From: Bacillota bacterium
GTDB lineage: Bacteria > Bacillota > Clostridia > Oscillospirales > Acutalibacteraceae
NCBI GenBank assembly: GCA_030842085.1
Contig: JAUUSE010000004.1
Coordinates: forward strand, 638 to 64,637
Direction of reading: 5' to 3'
DNA length: 64,000 nt
The translations under genes were made by a program, and so were the position numbers. This document shows positions 57,100-64,000 of the stretch, piece after piece; position 1 is the stretch's first letter, and the number at the start of each line of letters is the position of its first letter. The notes under the pieces were generated by a model that had not been told where the DNA came from, made no database searches, and saw nothing but the letters and a program-made list of their open reading frames with translations.

Positions 57100-57819
57100 T
57101 TATTCCTGCACTCCGCCTATTTTTATCGCTTCGGCTACATTGAGGCTCCCCTCATATACCGATTTGCCGCATATTGCACCGTATAATCCCATATCGGCAA
57201 GCTGTCTTATATCGCCCGTATTCCTTATTCCGCCGCTGGCTATTATATTGCACGAAACCGCTTGGTTTATTTCATTCAGTTGCTCGAAATTCGGGCCGCT
57301 CATCATGCCGTCCTTGGAAATATCGGTGAAAATTATATTTTCTATGCCAATAGCTTCCATTTTTTTCGCCATATCTATAAAATCAATGTCCGAATCCTCT
57401 GTCCAGCCACTTACTGATACCTTTCTGTTTTTAGCGTCTATTCCTACGGCAATTCTTTTTCCGAATTTCTCTGCCGCCTTTTTTACAAGATTTTCATCAC
57501 TCAGCGCAGCCGAACCGAATATTACACGCGAAATGCCAAACTCAATATACTGCTCTGCCGTTTCTATGCTGCGTATGCCGCCGCCAAGCTCTACTTTTAC
57601 ACCTAAAGCGGCAATCTCTTTAAATATATTCATATTTTCCGGCGTTCCGGACTTTGCGCCGTCAAGGTCGACCATATGTATCCACTTTGCGCCCGATTCA
57701 ATAAAACTTTCTGCCGTTTTAATATAACTGTCCGCTACCTTATGCGCTGTCGAATAATCTCCTCTGTACAGGCGCACACATGTCCCGTCCTTTATATCTA
57801 TAGCCGGTAAAATAATCAA
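57100..57819 (-). CDS. hisA: ProFAR isomerase
   Basis: MIILPAIDIKDGTCVRL..DLDGA..GGGIRS.. Confidence 0.9.
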   Translation of the reverse strand: MIILPAIDIKDGTCVRLYRGDYSTAHKVADSYIKTAESFIESGAKWIHMVDLDGAKSGTPENMNIFKEIAALGVKVELGGGIRSIETAEQYIEFGISRVIFGSAALSDENLVKKAAEKFGKRIAVGIDAKNRKVSVSGWTEDSDIDFIDMAKKMEAIGIENIIFTDISKDGMMSGPNFEQLNEINQAVSCNIIASGGIRNTGDIRQLADMGLYGAICGKSVYEGSLNVAEAIKIGGVQE

Positions 57820-57891
57820 ATTATATCCTCTCCTATATTAACGCAGATTCATTTTTATCCGCAAATCATCTGGTTTCCTTGCATTAAAGTG

Positions 57892-58467
57892 TTACAGACT
57901 TCCCTTGGAAGATGGTATTTCACTGCCTATAACCGTTGACGCATCGCTCAATGCCCTCGCCGCAGCTTTAAAAAGCGCCTCTGTCATATGGTGCGCGTTT
58001 GTGCCGTACTCAACTTTCATGTGAAGCGTTATGCCGGCGTTTATAGCAAATGCGCGGAAAAATTCTTCCGTCAGGCTGGCGTCATAGTCTCCTATCATCT
58101 GCCAATTCATCTGAGCATCGTATTTTAAAAACGGGCGCCCGCTTATATCAACTGCTGCAAATGCAAGTGTCTCGTCCATCGGCAAAAAGCAAGAGGAAAA
58201 TCTTTTTATACCAGCCTTATCCCCTATCGCCTCGTTAAAGGCGCGGCCCAGCACAATGCCTACATCCTCAACTGTGTGATGCCCATCTACCGTGAGGTCA
58301 CCTATGGCTTTTACCGTAAGTCCAAAGCCGGAATGCACGGCAAATGAATTTAGCATGTGGTCAAAAAAGCCAATTCCGGTAGATATTCCAATGTCGCCTC
58401 CGTCAAGCGACAGCGTCAACGCTATATCAGTTTCATTAGTCCTGCGTACAATTTCTGATGTCCTCAT
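57892..58467 (-). CDS. hisB: Imidazoleglycerol-phosphate dehydratase
   Basis: ..RRTNETDI..GIGFFDHML..DGHHTVEDVGI..NAHHMTEALFKA... The start at 58467 follows GGGGGAG. Confidence 0.9.
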   Translation of the reverse strand: MRTSEIVRRTNETDIALTLSLDGGDIGISTGIGFFDHMLNSFAVHSGFGLTVKAIGDLTVDGHHTVEDVGIVLGRAFNEAIGDKAGIKRFSSCFLPMDETLAFAAVDISGRPFLKYDAQMNWQMIGDYDASLTEEFFRAFAINAGITLHMKVEYGTNAHHMTEALFKAAARALSDASTVIGSEIPSSKGSL

Positions 58468-58874
58468 ATCAGTACTCCCCCTTCTATATACCCGCATTTA
58501 TCCTGCATGCAGGCCAATATAATAAATTCTGATTTGTCAGTATTTATCAGTATTGTTTTCATGCTTAAATAATTCTGCCTTATACCACTGCAGAACCGTC
58601 TCCACGGCAGCACATATCATCCGCTTCTTCGACATTTTTATCATTATACCATATATTTGCGGGCGTTGTATATAAAATTTGCCGGTATAATAAATTAACC
58701 GGCAAATAGCGCGCACAGGCATATATATCCTATAAAAGCGCAGAGATTTATTGCTATAGAGTTTTAATATCATTGTTCAATATATCGCTGTAATTTTATA
58801 GCTTAAATCCGGCGATATTTTCATAAAGCTTACAAATACCGATTATTATAAACAGCACACAATAAACATAAAAA

Positions 58875-59906
58875 TCACAGCAGCGGAGCTATAGCAGCTA
58901 TAAGTTCCTTATTTTCCTCAGGCGAGCCGGCGGTTATTCTTAAATAATCACCCATTTTCCTTATCAGTATGCCTTTTGCCTTTAAGCCTTCAAATACATT
59001 CGCTGCGTTTTTCGGCTTAAAAAATATAAAATTAGTCGCCGGTTTTGACAGTGATATGCCTTTATTTTCACATATCTCCTTCATATTTTCATAAAGCCAA
59101 TCTCTCGATGAAATTATCTTTTTAAGATTGCTGCGCAGCATGTCGCCGTGAGTTAAAACAGCGGCAGCAGCGGCCTGCGAGAGCGAATTTACATTATATG
59201 GCGACTTTACGCTTCTTATGGCGGCGGTTATTTTGTCGTTTGCAATAGCAAAGCCGACGCGCAGCGCCGCCATGCCCATCATCTTCGAGCAGGTGCGCAG
59301 TATTATAAGGTTATCATAATTCTGTGCCTCTTCTATAAGCGATTCGTCCCAGAAGTCCATATACGCCTCGTCCAGCACCACAAGCGCGTCAGTGCTGTTT
59401 ATTATACGGCGCACATCCTCGCGCGCAAGGCCGAGAGACGTCGGGTTGCAGGGATTTGAAAATATCAGCATTCGGTAATTTGAGCCGTTAAGCTCCTTTA
59501 TAACAGCGTCGGCGTCTATGCTCATGTCCTCCCTTTTAGGCATGGAGTATAAATTACATTCCGCTAAAGAGGCATAAAAATCGTACATTGAGAAATCCGG
59601 CGACAGTGTCAGCACTTTATCGCCCCTGCTTAAAAAGCAGTTGGCGAGTATAAAAAGCATTTCGTCCGAGCCGTTTGACGCCGTTACGAATCGCGCATCT
59701 ATTCCGTAAAATTTTGCAAAGCTCTCGCACAGCTTTTCTGCCGTGCTGTCGGGATATCTGTTAAGGGAGACGCTTTTGAGCGCATCGCTGTAAAGCGAAA
59801 AATCCGGCGGCAAAAACGACTCGTTGGCGTCGAGACGAATGCGATACTCACCGCTGCACGGCTCGTACGGTACTAAATTTTCTATTTTTTCCGGCAGACT
59901 ATACAT
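58875..59906 (-). CDS. hisC: Histidinol-phosphate aminotransferase
   Basis: ..RLDANES..YPD..NPCNPTS..LDEAY..RTCSKMMGMAALRVG.. Confidence 0.9.
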   Translation of the reverse strand: MYSLPEKIENLVPYEPCSGEYRIRLDANESFLPPDFSLYSDALKSVSLNRYPDSTAEKLCESFAKFYGIDARFVTASNGSDEMLFILANCFLSRGDKVLTLSPDFSMYDFYASLAECNLYSMPKREDMSIDADAVIKELNGSNYRMLIFSNPCNPTSLGLAREDVRRIINSTDALVVLDEAYMDFWDESLIEEAQNYDNLIILRTCSKMMGMAALRVGFAIANDKITAAIRSVKSPYNVNSLSQAAAAAVLTHGDMLRSNLKKIISSRDWLYENMKEICENKGISLSKPATNFIFFKPKNAANVFEGLKAKGILIRKMGDYLRITAGSPEENKELIAAIAPLL

Positions 59907-61188
59907 CTTCTCTTCTCACCCTCACTGAATTGGCGTGCGCCTTTAAGCCCTCTGATTCTGCGAACATTATAACATCGTCCGCAGACCTTTCAAAGGCAGA
60001 TTTTGTGTAATACATAAAGCTGGATTTTTTCACAAAGCTGTCAACCGAAAGCGGACTGAAAAATCTCGCTGTGCCAAGCGTCGGCAGCACGTGGTTTGGT
60101 CCTACGTAATAGTCGCCGAGCGGCTCAGGCGAATAATTGCCCAAAAACACCGAGCCGGCGTTGTCGATTTTGCCTATGTAAGTCATCGGGTCCCTGGCCG
60201 ATACCTCCAAATGCTCAGGTGCAAACTCATTGGCAAGCTCCACCGCTTTGTCCATATTTTCGCAAACTATTATGGCGGAGTTGTTCTCAATGGCCTTTTT
60301 TGCAATCTCTTTGCGCGGGAGGTTATTCAGCTGACGCTCCGTCTCCTTTTGTACAAGCTTGGCCGTCTCCATACTTACCGTGATGAGTATAGACGACGCC
60401 AAAACATCGTGTTCGGCCTGCGACAATAAATCGGCGGCGAGGTATTTGTAATTTGCGCTGTCGTCCGCCACTATGAGTATATCGCTGGGGCCGGCTATCA
60501 TGTCTATGTCCGCCGCGCCGTATATCAGACGCTTGGCGGTAGCCACGTATATATTTCCCGGGCCGACTATTTTGTCTGCCTTAGGCACTGTTTCGGTGCC
60601 GTATGCAAGCGCTGCGACGGCCTGTGCGCCGCCCATGAGATATATTTTGTCAACGCCGGCTATATACGCCGCCGCTAAAATCGTCTTATTGGCTTCTTCC
60701 TTGCTTGGAGGAGTTACCATTACAATCTCTTTAACGCCGGCTATTTTTGCCGGTATAACGCACATAAGCACCGACGATGGATATGCGGCGGTACCCCCCG
60801 GTACATATACGCCGACACGATGAAGGCCGCGTATGCGCTGGCCGAGTATTACCCCGTCCTCCTCGGTAGTCAGCCAGCTCTGCTGTACCTGGCGGCGGTG
60901 GAAACGCTCTATATTCGCTGCGGCACGGCGCAGCATCTCAAGATATTCGCCCTCGCACTGCTCCGCCGCTTTCCTTATATCCTCCCGGTCAAGTATGCGC
61001 TTTTCAGGTATAAATCCGTCAAATTTTTTCGAATATTTATCTACTGCGCTGTCGCCGTTTTCGCGCACGTCGTTTATTATTTCCGTCACCGTTTGTGTGA
61101 CGGCCTTATCTGTTTCGCCACTGCGGGTACGAAGCTCTTTTAAAAAATTCATTTCCGCTATCCCGTCGGCTTTAATTATTCTTATCAT
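59899..61188 (-). CDS. hisD: Histidinol dehydrogenase
   Basis: ..VGVYVPGGTAAYPSSVLM..AGPSDILIVAD..SQAEHD..APEHLE.. Confidence 0.95.
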   Translation of the reverse strand: MIRIIKADGIAEMNFLKELRTRSGETDKAVTQTVTEIINDVRENGDSAVDKYSKKFDGFIPEKRILDREDIRKAAEQCEGEYLEMLRRAAANIERFHRRQVQQSWLTTEEDGVILGQRIRGLHRVGVYVPGGTAAYPSSVLMCVIPAKIAGVKEIVMVTPPSKEEANKTILAAAYIAGVDKIYLMGGAQAVAALAYGTETVPKADKIVGPGNIYVATAKRLIYGAADIDMIAGPSDILIVADDSANYKYLAADLLSQAEHDVLASSILITVSMETAKLVQKETERQLNNLPRKEIAKKAIENNSAIIVCENMDKAVELANEFAPEHLEVSARDPMTYIGKIDNAGSVFLGNYSPEPLGDYYVGPNHVLPTLGTARFFSPLSVDSFVKKSSFMYYTKSAFERSADDVIMFAESEGLKAHANSVRVRREDV

Positions 61189-61652
61189 ACCAATTTCTCC
61201 TCTCTTTTGATTTTGTCAAGCGGCTTCTGCCCGAAAGTCAGGCAAGCCGCTTTATTGCATAAAATCCCTATCCGGCTATATTGCCAGGCTATGCTTAATC
61301 TGCCATGTATAATAGGTCTAGATTATGTTTTGTGCTGCTTTAAGCTGCCATGTGTCGAACAGAATATGGTTTTAAGCGTTTTTTGCGCGTATACTGCGTT
61401 AAAATTTTTGCCATACGGCAGTATGGCAGAAATTGTATGCCTTGCCCGCACGAAAACTTTCTTACTGAAAACTGCTTCGCATCTAAAACATCTGCGGCAG
61501 AGATAAACTTCTGCTTTTGAGATGGTCGGCCCGCTGACACACACCAAGGGCGAAAAAGTGAAAAAAGCAGCAGCGACACATTTTAGGCACATTTGGTTCA
61601 CTCCCGCCGGCTTAAGCGCTCATGACAAAGCTGCATATCTCTCAACACCGTT

Positions 61653-62279
61653 TTAAAGCGACAGAGCCTTTATAATACCGTTTGTAAATTTTTCTATTTC
61701 ATTCTTCCGTGTTTTAAGGCTTGCCACGTTTACAAAATTCCTTGCAGATATCGGCATTATGTCCTCAATGACGATAAGTCCGTTCTCTTTAAGCGTCTGG
61801 CCTGTTTCGACAATATCCACTATCGCGTCGGCAAGGCCGAGCAGCGGCGCAAGCTCAACCGAACCCTCGATTTTTATAAGTCTTACGTCCATGCCGCGGC
61901 TTTCAAAATACTGCGACGCTATGTTCGGATATTTCGTAGCGACCGTCATCTCCCTGTGTCCGGTAAATATATCGCATCCCTTAGGTCCGGCGACGGCAAA
62001 CCGGCAGCGGCCGAAGCCGAGGTCGAGCATCTCATAGAAATTGCCGCCCTTTTCTGCTATAGTATCCTTTCCTACAAAGCCTATGTCACATACCCCGTGC
62101 TCAACATATGTCAGCACATCATTAGCCTTGGCAAGCACCATTTCATACTCGCCTACCGGAAGTATAAGCCTGCGGCCCTTATTTTTAAGCTCAGTACAGT
62201 CAAGCCCCATTTTCTCAAAAAGCTCCACTGCGCTTTTTTCCAGCCTGCCCTTTGTAAGCGCTATCCTTATCGGCCTCAT
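61653..62279 (-). CDS. hisG: ATP phosphoribosyltransferase, short (HisZ-dependent) form
   Basis: 208 aa; MRPIRIALTKGRL..DVLTYVEHGVCDIGFVGKD..IVETGQTLKENGL.. Confidence 0.9.
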   Translation of the reverse strand: MRPIRIALTKGRLEKSAVELFEKMGLDCTELKNKGRRLILPVGEYEMVLAKANDVLTYVEHGVCDIGFVGKDTIAEKGGNFYEMLDLGFGRCRFAVAGPKGCDIFTGHREMTVATKYPNIASQYFESRGMDVRLIKIEGSVELAPLLGLADAIVDIVETGQTLKENGLIVIEDIMPISARNFVNVASLKTRKNEIEKFTNGIIKALSL

Positions 62280-63487
62280 AAATTCACCTCAATATCAACT
62301 GTTTTAATATTATCTGATACAATATACACTTTCTTTGCGCCAAGCTCTTTTGCATAGCTTACGGCGCCCTCCTCACCGCCGGAAGAGCAAATTCTGCTTA
62401 TGCATCCATTGTCTGCAAGCTTTCCGGCAAGTATAACGGCCTGCGCTTCATATCCGCGCTCGGCGTATATCACCGCGTCAATTTTAGACATAAGCTTATC
62501 GCCTTTAGAAGCTATAAGAGTTGAAATAAGGGCATTGTTCTCTACCGCAAAGCCGGTCGCCGGCATTGGACGCCCGAATTTTTCCATCAGCCCGTCATAT
62601 CTTCCGCCGGATATAACTGTGTTGCCGTAACCGTTTATGTAGCCGCGGAACACTACTCCCGTATAATAGTTGTTGCGGTGTACCATTCCCAAATCAAGAT
62701 TTATATTAGCATCTGGCGAGATTTCCGACAGCTTTGAATACAGCTCTCTGAGATAATCCAGATACTCCATAGCCTCACCGTTGCCGGCACAGAGCTTCTC
62801 CGCCTCGTCCAATATCTCAGCGCCGCCGTAAAGGCTCGGCAGCAGCTTTAACACCTTTGCCGACGGACTGTCGTTAATGCCGCTCAGTATCAGCGAAAGC
62901 TCCGCATAATTCTTGGACTCTATGCTTCTGCGTATTTCTTCTTTTTTCTCATCATCGACGCCAAGCCCCCTTACCAGACTGCCAAAAAATCCGGCATGGC
63001 CTAATTCCATAGCATAATCCGATATGCCGCATTTCTCAAACACCTTAACCGCCATGTCAAGCACTTCCAAGTCTGCAGCAAGGCCCTTGGCGCCTATAAG
63101 CTCTATGCCCGACTGCGTGATTTCGTTTTCGTGTCCGCTGCCGTTCATATTTACCTTAAATATATTTTCTGTATAATACAGTCTTATCGGGGCCGGCACA
63201 TCCTTAAGCCGGGTGGAAACCAGCCGCGCTATCGGAATGGTCATATCCGGCCGCAGCGCCATTATTCGGCCGCTCACAGACGTCAGCTTATACATCTGTT
63301 CCTGCGGTATGCCCAGCATATCGTCGTCAAATAAGTCATAATATTCCACTGTCGGAGTAATAGCCCTGCTGTAACCGCGCATTGTAAATAAATCGGTTAT
63401 AATCCTTTCTATTTCCGCTTTGGCCGCGCATTCCTCATACAGCATATCCTTAAGCCCTTCCGGCGTCTTTTTCATATATTTTTTCAA
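62276..63487 (-). CDS. hisZ: ATP phosphoribosyltransferase regulatory subunit (HisRS paralogue)
   Basis: Class II aaRS-like core without an anticodon-binding function (..GLKDMLYEE..LRPDMTIPIAR..ELG..YYTG..F..). It overlaps the hisG start by 4 nt. Confidence 0.85.
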   Translation of the reverse strand: MKKYMKKTPEGLKDMLYEECAAKAEIERIITDLFTMRGYSRAITPTVEYYDLFDDDMLGIPQEQMYKLTSVSGRIMALRPDMTIPIARLVSTRLKDVPAPIRLYYTENIFKVNMNGSGHENEITQSGIELIGAKGLAADLEVLDMAVKVFEKCGISDYAMELGHAGFFGSLVRGLGVDDEKKEEIRRSIESKNYAELSLILSGINDSPSAKVLKLLPSLYGGAEILDEAEKLCAGNGEAMEYLDYLRELYSKLSEISPDANINLDLGMVHRNNYYTGVVFRGYINGYGNTVISGGRYDGLMEKFGRPMPATGFAVENNALISTLIASKGDKLMSKIDAVIYAERGYEAQAVILAGKLADNGCISRICSSGGEEGAVSYAKELGAKKVYIVSDNIKTVDIEVNL

Positions 63488-64000
63488 GCTATCGCCCTCA
63501 CCTTCACTTTAATACATTAACACGATAATCTAATAACAGGATATCAGAGTAATACAATTTTGTCAAGCACAATATTTTTCTGAGTATATATAACACCATA
63601 TATACCATGCCGGGCACGAGCAGCAATATTAAATATGGTTTACACCCGTACGGCAAGGGGCATTCCATCTGACGGACAATACCGCAGATTAAAAGCAGCA
63701 ATCTGATTTTATAAAGTATGGTTAGCCAAAATCTTCCGCAAATCAGGGGGCATGCGTCAGCTGTGAAATGAGGCTTTATTTCCGTATTTTTCAACTATCT
63801 CGCGCAATTTTTGCTTACATCACTTGCTGCGGCATCAATAAACAGGCGGCAATTTTTTATGAATGATATTTTTATCCTCCAAAAAACTCATATAACAGCT
63901 TTTGCCCTATTTAAACCTAAGCCTTCGGATCCGCCTAAAAACATCTGCCTTCGTCACATATGCAACTTACAGGAGTGATGACCGCGTTATTAAGTATATT

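Noticed and set aside
57086-57727. 213-aa plus-strand ORF opposite hisA. Similar antisense ORFs occur at 15677-16123, 18753-19289, 22824-23381, 38116-38616, 39430-39993 and 60473-61210.
   Set aside because: Each is fully nested antisense to a gene with strong family motifs (hisA, ligA, pncB, the oxidoreductase alpha subunit, spoIVA, the SipL-like gene, hisD). Their compositions are typical of reverse-frame translation.
58537-58773. 78-aa minus-strand ORF in the hisC-hisB gap, and the 92/79-aa ORFs at 61323-61601 in the hisG-hisD gap
   Set aside because: They are Ile/Tyr/Arg/Cys-rich, with no RBS and no motif. They are more likely chance ORFs in AT-rich spacers.
63488-63800. T-box or His-attenuator leader upstream of hisZ
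   Set aside because: I looked on the minus strand for the T-box core (..GGUGGUACCGCG..) and for a His-codon-rich leader peptide, and saw neither. The 96-aa ORF at 63504-63794 is Leu/Ile/Cys-rich with no His run. An Rfam scan would still be worthwhile.
63935-64000. Possible 3' end of a minus-strand gene entering from the right edge (..NILNNAVITPVSCICDEGRCF*)
   Set aside because: Only 21 codons are visible and nothing recognisable is present, so it is too short to call.

Overview
The window looks like a core chromosomal segment of an endospore-forming Clostridia-class Firmicute. That assignment is an inference from gene content: spoIVA, a SipL-like DUF3794/LysM gene, spoVM, yunB, an M23+M50 pair, cwlJ/sleB-like plus gerQ-like genes, and TIGR03960/TIGR03936 radical-SAM genes. 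About 85% of the window is coding, mostly on the minus strand.

Recognisable blocks:
- A MocR/PdxR-like regulator divergent from an ECF S-component.
- A VanR/VanS-like two-component system plus a VanW-family gene, with no vanHAX.
- tRNA-Leu(CAA) and tRNA-Gln(CUG).
- ligA, pncB and a four-subunit 2-oxoacid:ferredoxin oxidoreductase operon.
- plsY-der, rpmF and pgi.
- The Bacillus-like yloC-remA-gmk-rpoZ-priA-def-fmt-rsmB-rlmN-stp-prkC-rsgA-thiN-spoVM syntenic block.
- A fragmented histidine cluster (hisZG, hisDC, hisBA, hisI, hisE) with no hisH or hisF.

I see no CRISPR array, transposase, integrase or obvious multi-gene defence system.

Most unusual items:
1. An ORF-free, hairpin-dense, internally repetitive block of about 0.8 kb next to tRNA-Leu. 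It contains a second, tRNA-less copy of that tRNA's terminator and flanks.
2. An AT-rich segment of about 2.1 kb after tRNA-Gln. It carries an XRE repressor, twin palindromic operators over a consensus promoter, and an unknown gene.
3. A gene of roughly 27% GC encoding a GIY-YIG-like protein.
4. A 26-codon spoVM gene that the ORF track misses.
5. rsmB and rlmN lie in the same reading frame, separated by one TAA. The conserved RlmN N-terminus is encoded upstream of the first canonical start codon.
6. Tandem VanR-type boxes followed almost immediately by an intrinsic terminator.

All product calls rest on motif and family recognition by eye. No database search was run. Start codons were chosen from RBS context and are approximate.
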